From assembly GCA_951406725.2 (NCBI GenBank), contig OX597819.1:87854001-87918000 (forward strand): a stretch of 64,000 nucleotides of DNA. The letters are read 5' to 3'. The first letter of the stretch is position 1. Each line of letters starts with the position of its first letter. This DNA comes from Octopus vulgaris (Eukaryota). The notes under the pieces are model-generated. The model saw only the letters and a list, made by a program, of their open reading frames with translations. It did not search any database and was not told the origin of the DNA. Below are positions 53,055-64,000 of the stretch, one piece after another. The position numbers and the translations under genes are program-made.

Positions 53055-53285
53055 TGTTTCTTTATTACCCACAAGGGGCTAAACATAGAGGGGACAAACA
53101 AGGAGAGACAAACGGATTAAGTGGATTATATCGACCCCAGTGCGTAACTGGTACTTAATTTATCGACCCCGAAAGGATGAAAGGCAAAGTCGACCTCGGC
53201 GGAATTTGAACTCAGAACGTAACGGCAGACGAAATACGGCTACGCATTTCTCCCGACGTGCTAACGTTTCTACTAGCTCGCCGCC
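53055..53285 (-). mobile_element. SINE family B with 16-bp TSD
   Basis: TSD TCCTTAAATAAATAAT at 53039-53054 and 53290-53305. Confidence 0.9.
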
Positions 53286-53536
53286 TCTATCCTTAAATAA
53301 ATAATGAATATTGTTCCGCGTTTTTGAAACTTAACAACATGAACGACGAAGACGATGACGACAACGAAAGCACTATGGCGGAAGCGAAACGAAAAAGGAA
53401 AGATGATGCTTAAACATCTAGTGATATAACCAGATATCCTAATAGTTAGTTATGTATGTCTACATCTGTCTAGGAATTGCTTTATTTCTCCAATTTTGGT
53501 ACCATAGTCACATTTGAAATTACTTTTTCTTAGCTT

Positions 53537-53620
<84 letters not shown>

Positions 53621-53708
53621 CGAGTGTGCGTGTGTGCATGTGTGTGTATATATATATATACACACACACACATCCATCCATCTATCCGGCCATCCATCCA
53701 TCCATACA

Positions 53709-53742
<34 letters not shown>

Positions 53743-53750
53743 AATATATA

Positions 53751-54145
53751 CTAGCAGTATCGTCCGGCGTTGCTCGGGTTTGTAAGGGAAATAATAATAT
53801 AGGCATTTTTAGAGATGTAAAGTATAATAGCCATCTCAATATGGCTAACCACAAAGGGGGGGGTGTTACTGTAGCTTTTTACGTTCTGAGATTTAATAAT
53901 AAATGTTTAGAGAGTTACTTCCCTTATATATGCCAAAAAATGCATTAAAAATGGGAAAAATTGATGGTAATTTTTTTTTTTAATCGTAGACTCATCGTAG
54001 ACGCGCGCTAGTACCCAGAAGGGCTCGATATGAATCACGACTATAAGATACCCGCTTTTGGTTAAACTGCACCGCAAAATGTGGGAGTAGTTAGGAATCT
54101 AAATCGTAGGAGACAGACAGCACACAACCTTACTTTTATATATAA

Positions 54146-54148
<3 letters not shown>
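53751..54148 (-). mobile_element. Complete non-autonomous Helitron (~400 bp)
   Basis: Minus strand A|TCTTTATATATAAAAG ... CCCGAGCAACGCCGGA..CTAG|T. Shares both ends with 45954-46800. Confidence 0.9.
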
Positions 54149-54233
<85 letters not shown>

Positions 54234-54629
54234 ATATACAACCTCAGATGATGTTGTGCTCCAATAGTTTCAAGTTCTATTTCTTTTTTAATTTCATGCC
54301 CCATTCCCTGCTTATTTCCTTATACTTTGACAATTTTTCGACTTCTATGAGGGTCAGAAATGTGCTTTTATCGAAATTTAATTAATTGTAAAGCATTCAC
54401 ACCAAAACAGTCAGTTCCCTCTCCACTAACATTTATATCCTGCAGATGTTCAGGTAGTGTATAATTCCTAGCCTTTCTCACTAACCAGTCGGGAAGGGCC
54501 TGCGAAGATCATGAATATAATTCTATGAGGGGGCTTTTAATACATGTCATCGGCATCATTGAGATAAGGAAAAATTATTAACGACACCGCTAATTCAGAT
54601 ATTTGACACATTGTTGATTAGCATAATAG

Positions 54630-55255
54630 CATAGCACTTTGTCGCCATCCTAGTAATGTGCACTTGGAAAGAGGTATCATCACTCATGTCGATACCCAGT
54701 TCCCTTATTGATTTAGGCTCTGGGATTGAAATTCCCGGTGGACCGGTGGACCCTATGAGTTTCATATTCAGTTTTGGATGCTGGTAGCGTAGGGATTGGA
54801 ATTTTTCAGCATTAAACTGCATATTATTATCCTCAGCCCATCTGTAACTTGAGTCCAACTCCTGCTGCAGATGTGCAACATCGTTGGGGTTCTGTATTTT
54901 CTGCGAGACTTTCGTATCATCTGCATAGCTTGCAAGGGTAGCTATCCGGGCACTTGAGGGCACTGTCTTGGGACCACTATAAAAAGCAGTGGTCCCAAGA
55001 CAGTGCCCTGTGGAACACCGCTCACTATTTGTGTGTTCATAGAGGTGTCTCTATTAGCCACTACTTCCTGGCTCCCATCTTTCAGAAAATCATGTAGCCA
55101 CTCTCCAAGTTTTCCAGCTATGCCAAGATTATGCAGTTTGTGGAATATCATACCATGATCCACCTTGTCAAAGGCTTTTGCAAAATCAAGATATATTACG
55201 TCCACATTTGAGTTGTTGAGTAACTGCCTCAACACCCAGTCATAATGTTGTAAGA
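54630..55255 (-). mobile_element. CR1/L2-group LINE reverse transcriptase fragment (frameshifted)
   Basis: DVIYLDFAKAFDKVDHG, SGVPQGTVLGPLLF, YADDTK and W..DNNMQFN..K. Confidence 0.9.
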
Positions 55256-55662
55256 GCTACAAAAATACGTGGCCGGGCAAGTTTTGTAACGTCCCTCGTG
55301 TCGCGAAGCAATCTGCATGCTCTTGCTGGCACATGAGAAACCACGAGAAAAACGAGAAAGTTGATGCTAAAAGTGGAAGGATAAATAAAAACGGAAAAAG
55401 AAAAAAAAATAGAGTTACATCCCATTTTACTGTAGAAGTCATAATTAAACTAGTTTTAGAATAATTCAACGGAAAGGGGTCCAAAGTCAGCGAGACAACT
55501 GCCCAATCCTAAGAGGGTGGTGTCCTCCAGTTTGGTATATATTTTTTTTACTTGTTTTAGCAATTTAACTGTAGCCATGTTGGAGTAACGCCCGACATCA
55601 TAAATTACAGATAGCATTCGACTTTTTCTACCCAGAAGAGTTTTTGAACTCAATATTTACAT

Positions 55663-55712
<50 letters not shown>

Positions 55713-55787
55713 ATATATATATCCATGATATATATATATATATATCATGTCTAATGTATTAATATTAATATTTTTAAAGTTCCTTGT

Positions 55788-55935
55788 AATCTCTGATGAG
55801 GCCTATGCTTATATATATATATATATATATAAGTACCGTATTTTTAAATGCCTACACCCTCATTATGTTGACAACCATAGGCAATAGAAATAAAATTAGC
55901 TATTTTTAGCCATAGGCTGAAACAGCTGTAAGAAG
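55788..55935 (+). ncRNA. Type I hammerhead ribozyme with a ~105-nt stem II insert containing (UA)n
   Basis: UCU-CUGAUGA-GGCCUAUG...CAUAGGCU-GAAA-CAGCUG-UA-AGA. Stem III is the palindrome ACAGCUGU. It lies in a ~450-bp unit between (TA)n tracts (55665-56135). Confidence 0.75.
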
Positions 55936-56127
55936 TGATTTTAATGATTTCAATGATTTATATTACAACTTTTATAATTTGTATTCTTATCTTATATGTA
56001 TTGAATTATAAGATATATATGTATGCTATTGAGGTTCTCATTTTGTTAAATGAATAAAAATCCAACATTCTAATATTCGAAAGTTGATGAACAAACTAAA
56101 TTTGTTTCTCCATTTTCTTATTTGTAT

Positions 56128-56175
<48 letters not shown>

Positions 56176-56537
56176 TGTGTATGTGTGTGTGTGTGTGTGT
56201 GTGTATGTGTTTGTGTGTGTGTGTGTGTGTATATATATATACTGCCTTTTATCCTTTACTTATTTCAATCATTAGACTGTGGCCATACTGGAACACCGCC
56301 TTAAAGAATTTCTAGTCGAATTATTCAACTCCAGTACTTTTTTTAAAAACCTGCTACTTATTCTATCAATTTCTTTTTTCGAATTGCCATGTTATGGGGA
56401 TGTAAACACACCAATACCGTTCTCAAGCGGTGGTGGGTGGCACACACACACACACACACACACATGTTGTCTTCTCAGTTTTTTTTTTGCGTTTCTTCTC
56501 TTATTCAATATTTTTAGTTCGTTATGATGTGTGGTTT

Positions 56538-56592
56538 GTGCCTGAAGAATATGTTTGAGATATTTCTCAACATACGAAACTATTAGTAACAT
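56538..56592 (+). ncRNA. Type I hammerhead ribozyme, paralog of 32549-32600
   Basis: GUGC-CUGAAGA-A-UAUGUU(U)GAGA-uauu-UCUC-AACAUA-C-GAAA-CUAUUAG-UA-ACAU. The ~70 nt upstream also match the 32600-32665 pLTR. Stem I carries a mismatch. Confidence 0.7.
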
Positions 56593-56675
56593 TTAATAGT
56601 GTCCTTTAGATAAATAATATCTATCTCTCACAAGGTGGAGTACTTTTTTGTTGAATTTTCTATCACGGAATTCAA

Positions 56676-56724
56676 CATGCATGCATGCAGGCAGGCAGGC
56701 TGGCAGGCAGGCAGGCAGGCAGGC

Positions 56725-56786
<62 letters not shown>

Positions 56787-56816
56787 ATAGACAGATAGAC
56801 AGATAGATAGATAGAT

Positions 56817-56912
<96 letters not shown>
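56676..56912. repeat. Compound tetranucleotide microsatellite (GCAT/GCAG/ACAG/ATAG)
   Basis: Direct reading of the sequence. Confidence 0.95.
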
Positions 56913-57150
56913 TGGGCTATGAGATTAACTCATTTGTTTATTTGCAATGTCATTCGAATTAAGGCAAAAATATTTTATTGTAGTGTATATGTTTTATTTT
57001 TGTGGCTCTAATCTTCCTCTGCAACTTTCGTTTATCGTGTTTTAAATTTGAATTAATTTTACCGCTTTTCAGACATATGATGAGTGTCAAGTACAAAAAC
57101 ATAAATGATGTTATATGTTCATATCTATGGGGTGTTATATATATTTATGT

Positions 57151-57620
57151 GGAGGCGCAATGGCCCAGTGGTTAGGGCAGCGGACTCGCGGTCGTAGGAT
57201 CGCGGTTTCGATTCCCAGGGCGAAAACACCTAAAGCTCCACGAGGCTCCGGCAGGGGGTGGTGGTGAACCCTGCTGTATTCTTTCACCACAACTTTTTTT
57301 CACTCTTTCTTCCCTTTTCTGTTGTACCTGTATTTCAAAGGGCCAGCCTTGTCACACTCTGTGTCCCCGAGAACTACGTTAAGGGTACACGTGTCTGTGG
57401 AGTGCTCAGCCACTTGCACATTAATAAATGAGCTGCAACGTCACTGGTGCCAAGCTGTGTCAGCCTTTGCCTTTCCCTTTGATAACATCGGTGGCGTGGA
57501 GAGGGGAGGCTGGTATGTGTGGGCGACTGCTAGTCTTCCATAAAACAACCTTGCCCAGACTTGTACCTCGGAGGGTAACTTTCTAGGTGCAATTCCATGG
57601 TCATTCATGACCGAAGGAGG
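57151..57620 (+). mobile_element. SINE family C copy
   Basis: Same head as 42895. Confidence 0.85.
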
Positions 57621-58329
57621 AGGTCACGATGTGTATGCGTAGGTATACGTATATATGAATACATCCCCACTATTAGTACTATTTTGTTAAGTGCATTTAG
57701 TAAACAGTATGAATTGGGACTAGAGCGGATACGCACAGTGTGTATCACTCCGCTATACATATACAGTTTGTAAACATGGCCAAGTAAATAAACACGTAGA
57801 ATCATAATAACACCTTCAATGAGTTGTTTATTGTCCCAACGCAACCCAAAGAATACATAACAAATGAGTATTTCGATACCTGCTTTACTTCACTTGAAAT
57901 GCAAAGTTCCACAGCTGCCAAAGCCGCTCTGTGCTGTGAACACAGAAGGCATAATCGCTGAAAGAACTGCACAGAATTGATTTTCACACTTCAAGAAGGG
58001 GTAATTTGATCTCTCAGTTCAAAGTAAACCCATTGAAACTTGTATCCGTTCTAATTCATCAGGGAATTGACCCAGCAGATGGGTTGCGCTTGTGATACCG
58101 TCGTCCGTCACCTTCACTTGATGAGCACATTCAAAAACTCAATACAGGGTTACCATTCGCTCTGAACGAAAGAAACAGATCCGGCGCTCCTCTATCGCCG
58201 CCAGTTTACTCGCTCGACACCACTCTCCGCGTTAACACGAAATGAGATTTCCCTACCACATTGCCAACCGATGTTTTTATGTCAATGTGAAGTAGAGGAG
58301 ATAATCACAGGGTCATGGTAGAGCTTTAC

Positions 58330-58770
58330 ATTCTACTGATGTACCGGCTCATTGAAGCAATCCAGCTGAAACGTCCCGACCGTCGACGGCATGCTTCTGT
58401 AACACGACAATACTCGCCCCAGCGTCGCTAATTTGACCAAAACTATTGTTCGAGATTTCGGTTGGAAAATTCTACCGTACCCACCGTATTTTCCTGATAT
58501 AAAGCCTTTAGACTAACACTGTTTTTTTTCGGTGTCTCTCCAACATTCAGCGAAGTGTTTCGTTCAACGACGTGAAACTGAAAACATGCCTCGATGAATT
58601 CTTCGAACCAAGACACGCTGTTTTCTATCGTTAAGGCAACGTTGACCAAAAGTCGTGAATAATGAAGAATATTTTATTGAGCGATTTGTTAAAATTACTG
58701 CTGAAATATGAAGATTAAATAAATGGAAGGAACAAAAATGAACGAATATATCTGACACACATACCTATGT
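58330..58770 (+). pseudogene. Decayed mariner transposase C-terminus
   Basis: EAIQLKRP..HDNTRP..DFGWKILPYPPYFPDIKPLD*HCF corresponds to the mariner HDNARPH and HPPYSPDLAPSDYHLF motifs. Confidence 0.85.
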
Positions 58771-58944
58771 ATGTATCTGACATATATATGTCGGATAAAA
58801 AAATTAAATAAGTGTATGTATGCATGCATGCATGCATGCATGCATGCATGTATGTATGTATGTATGTATGTATGTATGTATGTATGTATGCATGCATGCA
58901 TGCATGCATGCATGTATGTATGTATGCATGCATACATATGTATG

Positions 58945-59270
58945 TATGCAAACCCATGGAAAACGAACCTCCGCCAACTATTCTGCCTATATGTCTGTGC
59001 ACACCTTTCAATGCAAATGTATGCCAGATGGCCTGCAAATCTAACGGAGGCCTCAAAAGACATTTAGGATCAGAACTTAAAAGATACAAAGATCAGGACT
59101 TAACTGCAGCTCTTGGTAGCCCAAATCGGATATGCAATCTATGAGGGTGTCTTTTTAAAACATAGTCTGGTTTAAAAAACCACTTCAGAAGCCATGATGG
59201 TTCTAAGATGTAGTTACAGGAGGTGGTCAAACTCTGCATAAAAAGTAGACAACCACCATGTATGTATGCA
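58945..59270 (+). mobile_element. LINE 3' end with C2H2-like finger (RTE/BovB-like), in a (TATG)n tract
   Basis: NVCQMACKSNGGLKRHL plus a second decayed finger, ending in an ATGT-repeat tail. Confidence 0.5.
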
Positions 59271-59565
59271 TTCTATAATTCTATTATCGAGGTTGGCCAC
59301 TGATTGTGACCAAAATGGTCATTAATAGTCATCATGAAATTAATAGATCGACGTGTATGTATGGGAATAATGAATTCCGACTTACGTGAATCAGCAAAAT
59401 TGATTTTCAATACCATGCAAATGAAAAATATTAAATATAATTTGGGAGCCATGTTCTGGCTGTCAGATTATTTGATAGATTACTCAAGTATTACGTGTCC
59501 ATTTATATATATATGTGTGTGTGTGTGTAGATATACATGTGTGTGCATATATATATGTACGCATA

Positions 59566-59631
<66 letters not shown>

Positions 59632-59923
59632 CATACACACATACATGTATGTAAGTTTGTATGTACATATATTAGAATCATAAAGTGTGTGAAAATATTT
59701 ATACGTAAACATGTATATCTGCACAAAGATATAGTTTTTTTCACGTGCGTGCATGTACATACATGTGAGTAAGGGTGGTGGCATTTATTTATGAACTGAT
59801 AAAGTTTTATCTGCTGGACATTTTGTTCTTTTTCTGTTTTGTAGTTTTTAGCGAAATAACCGAAACAACAAAATAATTGCATAGAAAGTACACCAGGTAG
59901 TCGATGGATTAGATACAAGATAG

Positions 59924-59971
<48 letters not shown>

Positions 59972-60189
59972 TATATTTGTCCTGAACAATGTCAGAGGCG
60001 TGGTAAGTCGATTACATTGACTCCAGTGCTTAACTGGTACTTATTTTATTGACCCCGCCAAAAGATGAAAAGCAAAGCCGACCTCGACGGAATTTGAACT
60101 CAGAGCGCAGTTCTGCCAGCTCGCTGCCTTATATCTTTCAAATGATTATTTAACGTGAGAGCATTGTTCTGGTAGAAATAACAACCAAT

Positions 60190-60615
60190 GGATCTTTTCG
60201 GTTTGAACGGCACTTTTTTAAAATAATTTCCACGTAACTAAACACTTTTAAACTTCGCATACTGGTAGAATGTGTTTATAAAACATCTTTCTCTCTTGGC
60301 TTTATTGAGAAAATTCTATAGTTTGTAAGATATTTGTTGTTTTTTTTCTTCAATTTCTGCAATTTCAACCAATCAATGGCGTCTATTGAGGTGAAAACAT
60401 TCTGTGCCGTATGAAAATGTCCCTCGTTTAAGAAACAGATTGGTTTTATTTACATTTGTGAAGAAAAAATATACCCTTCCCCCACTCCTAACCCTAACCC
60501 TAAAATAGATTGAAATGCAATAGATCGATACTAGGGTCATAATTATGGGTGACAATTTCATATGACACCGCTAGAAATTATTTTTAAAAAACTGCCAGTC
60601 AAAGCGAAAAGGTCC
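60190..60615. mobile_element. MITE, inverted copy of 11657-12069
   Basis: TIR GGATCTTTTCGGTTTGAACGGCA; internal CCTAACCCTAACCCTAA. Confidence 0.85.
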
Positions 60616-60862
60616 AAATCCACAACACTTCTTTTGAAAACTTTGGTGATATAGTTAAAAGAAACCAATATTTAATTAGTGGATCTATTATTCGATAATT
60701 CTATCAATTTATACGCTACTCGCTGTCTGGTTGCCCAGTTCTTTTAAAACAGTCTTTCTGGTTTATGTAGTTAGCATAGCTGAAGTGAAAGTGTCCTAGT
60801 TGGATTTGTTTTCGTAAAAGAAAAAAATATTTAAACGTTCCTTCAGTGAAATTGTCACGTAA

Positions 60863-61280
60863 ACGACCATGATAACTATATCTTGTTTCTTCTTTCACAA
60901 AACTCAGTTGCTATAACAACGTTACAACGATAGTTTTAACTTTACAATAACAATTCCGACTTAATAATCAGTGCTCCTAGAAAAAGAAAAATTATACTGT
61001 CTACCAGTACTCTTGACTAATTACCGAACAAACCTGCCCCGGAACTGGCAAACTTTATAAACTTCCCTCTGCATTCAACAACGACCAAAATAACTATATT
61101 TTATTTTTTCTTTCACAAAACTCAGTTGCTATAACAACGTTACAACGATAGTTTTAAATTTACAATAATAATTCCAACTTAATGGTCATTACTCCTTGAA
61201 TAAAATATTTCATAATATTTTATAAGAGTCTAATCAGTACTCTTGACTTATCACCGAACTTCATTAAACCTGCCCCGGAA
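60863..61280. repeat. Tandem duplication of a ~215-bp unit
   Basis: TTCTTTCACAAAACTCAGTTGCTATAACAACGTTACAACGATAGTTTTAA..AAACCTGCCCCGGAA occurs twice. Confidence 0.85.
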
Positions 61281-64000
61281 TTACATGAAACTGGTGTCTC
61301 ACATACATTAGACGCTTATCTATTGAAGTGTCGCTTCCCTATTTTGCCTATTAACTGAATTTCCAGCAATATCAGTGTTATCAATTTAAGTTTCGTTGCA
61401 AATTTTCCGCATTTGTACAGTCACACGAAGATTAAATAATAAATTATCAGTGCTCTGATTATTCGAAAATACAACACGTTCCTACATTCCCATGAGGTGA
61501 GTAAATAACTAACCGTCTGGTGTTACATAGGTTATCAAAAGAACAATAATTCACAACTCTACATTACTGGATAACAATTTTCAGCCACAGCCCAGATCTG
61601 CTCGTGACAAATGGTTTATTGTGTATCAGTAAAAAATATTCGTAAACGATCAAAAGAAAAATGATAAGGTGGTGGATTATGATTGGAAGGTTTCAAACAG
61701 GATCCTTTTCTAACGGGTGTCATTTCAGGGTCTACACTTTAAATAAGTGGCAGAATTGTTGGTTGGACTTAACCTTCTACAAACGGATTGATTATAAAGC
61801 TATCAGTAACTTGTTTGCTTGCAGGACTTTATATGCCTTCCTATTCGGAGGACATCTATTCATATATAAGATATTCGTCCCACCATATACACGTAATCGT
61901 TAATTTTTCAAATTGCATCCAAGAAAAGGCAGATAGTCAATAAACTAAATCAGTAAGCTGTTCTTAGATTGTTGCACGTTACTTGTGCATCGTGGATCGG
62001 CCGGATGTTCAGTTACAGGTAGTTACCGAATGGCGTGTAGCGGGATGGTATAGCAAATGATGTCGTTGGGGTAGCAGATGAAATAGGCATGTGGACGACA
62101 TCAAAGCAAAACAATGGGAAAGCATCGGATTGTGGTTTAAATAATTTATTTAATTGACACTTGCGGTATACACCAGAGAATTCGCTACATGACATTACCA
62201 ACTTGCTTCGAGCTGGTGAAGTAGAAAATAAACAGGGATAATACTGTGTCGATGTGATGAGGTAGAACCGGGCATGTTTTGTGTCTGTGTTAGTCATAAG
62301 GTTGTGTCTTAATGTTCTGCGACTGCTACTGTGTTGGGTCGTTCATGCTGAATATGTGGTTCTGTTGGCTGCTTGACTGGCGCAAGCTAACTGCTGGCTG
62401 TCTGCTTGTCTCTTGACTGTTCGCCTAGTGATAGCTATCTGTCTCCTGTCGTATGTCTAACTATATTTATAATGGTCATGACAGCTAGAAGGACGTACAT
62501 ACCACTGGAATAATTTCTACTTTTGTAGGTCGCCTCCTGTCCACTTGAACCTTAAATGACACAGCTCAGGCCGTAGGTCGAAGGGAAATCTATCCATCAC
62601 TTTTTGACAGGATAAAAAAGATTTCTTTCGCGCTTGTTTGGCCAGTGGTGGATCAAACAAGCGAGAATCCTTAGATTCGGTTTCTAATATCAGCTCGGAA
62701 AAAGGAAGTGATCATCCACATGGTTTCCGGATCAGTCTTACTGCGTGACACCTTGGGTGTATTTCCGGAGCCCTACGGCTACTGCAACTGAAAGAATATA
62801 TATATCACATGGAGCACTGGTAGTTATTATATTGCTCGGGGAAAAAAGAAAAAAAACACACCAAATCCCTTCTATTTCTTTTACTTGTAACTATATTAAT
62901 CCATGTACTAGCTTCTTTAAATCCAGTCTCACTAGTCCGTTGGAGTTGTAGGTTTTGGTTAGGTGAGAGCTGGATAGTTGCTCAGGCTCAAAATGAACCA
63001 CAATATTTAATTTTAATGAATCATATTTATTTCCACTTTGACGTTACAAAGCTTACTAACCGGAGGCTGTACTACTGAATACTAATAGCTAGTGTATGAT
63101 AATGTATGTCAGTCAAGAGGTATATCGTTATATGTTAGTGCTGACGAGAGGCAAGAGTTGAGAATATCCTGTGTTCGTGAAAGGCGAGGTGATTCTTTTT
63201 AACCCGAGGTTGAGCGGCATGGTTGACCAAGAATCCTCGACGAAACTTTTGCATCCTCTCGGAACCTCTGTCTTCTCTCGAACGTCTGCACTGCTTGTCC
63301 TGCACGTCTCCATTTATGATTATGTTTATGCGGGAAACTGCGTCGAAATTTCCATACGAATGTACCTGAAATACGATTGACTGAAATAAGGGTTTAAATC
63401 ACCAGATATGTCGTAGCCATCGTTTGTTACTAGGCTGACAGGATTTCGAATGCTCGATACCACTACAGAACCATATATTTCAGTAATGCTTTTAACCACA
63501 TTTCTATCTTCCATTTACTGAAATATAGGTGGGGAAAAAAGAATGAAATTAATGTCATTGATTCTGAGGTGCCGATTTCCAGGTGCCGCCTTTTTGAATT
63601 AAAGTTACGAAGCTAAAGACCTTAAACAAATCATGACTGTAAAGCTATCTCATATATTTTCCCATTAAATCTGGTGCATGATCCGAGTTTAAAGAAAGGA
63701 AAATAATTGGGTTTTTTTTTTTTTTGCCAGTTTCAGAATACTGATACAATGATTCCTCTTCATTTATGCCTTTGAATCGATTTAAGTTTACATTGCAACG
63801 TCAGTTGACATTTGGTGAGCAATGCTTTCACATGAAACCTATTTATCAGCCTAAAACATGTAACCTTGTTTATCACTGATTCACTCACCACTCCTCCAGA
63901 TAATACGGTACAGTAAATTGTGAACCATGTTATGTTTATCATGGATTGATCTGTGATAACAGTTCGACGATTAGTCGAAGAAACTGCTTGTATTGCAAAA

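Noticed and set aside
55250-55655. Possible Tc1-like transposase remnant
   Set aside because: Only a faint resemblance to WPxxSPDLNP; too decayed to call.
57840-58170. Possible minus-strand exon (acceptor-like TTCGTTCAG at ~58163)
   Set aside because: Stops interrupt the frames I read and no motif is recognisable.

Overview
AT-rich, microsatellite-dense animal genomic DNA. The SINE/LINE repertoire and the (TA)n/(CA)n/(TACA)n load suggest an octopus-like cephalopod (inference, not verified). Most of the window is transposable-element debris: Penelope-like elements (PLEs), RTE, CR1/L2-group and R4/Dong-type LINEs, three tRNA-derived SINE families, Helitrons, hAT and mariner relics, MITEs and Gypsy-type LTRs. 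The only well-supported host gene is the 3' end of a minus-strand tandem-VWA extracellular-matrix-like gene (exons 52369-52932 and 50135-50709). The most notable hidden signal is a set of hammerhead-ribozyme (HHR) motifs: five canonical type I cores plus one degenerate core, several lying in or next to (TA)n/(CA)n tracts. In addition, a ~1.07 kb non-coding, retrozyme-like partial tandem element (41355-42425) carries a complete HHR core with its three segments in a non-circularly permuted (pseudoknotted) order. There is also a rearranged Gypsy LTR composite with a perfect tRNA-Trp PBS. All folds and alignments were done by eye, and many element boundaries are approximate.
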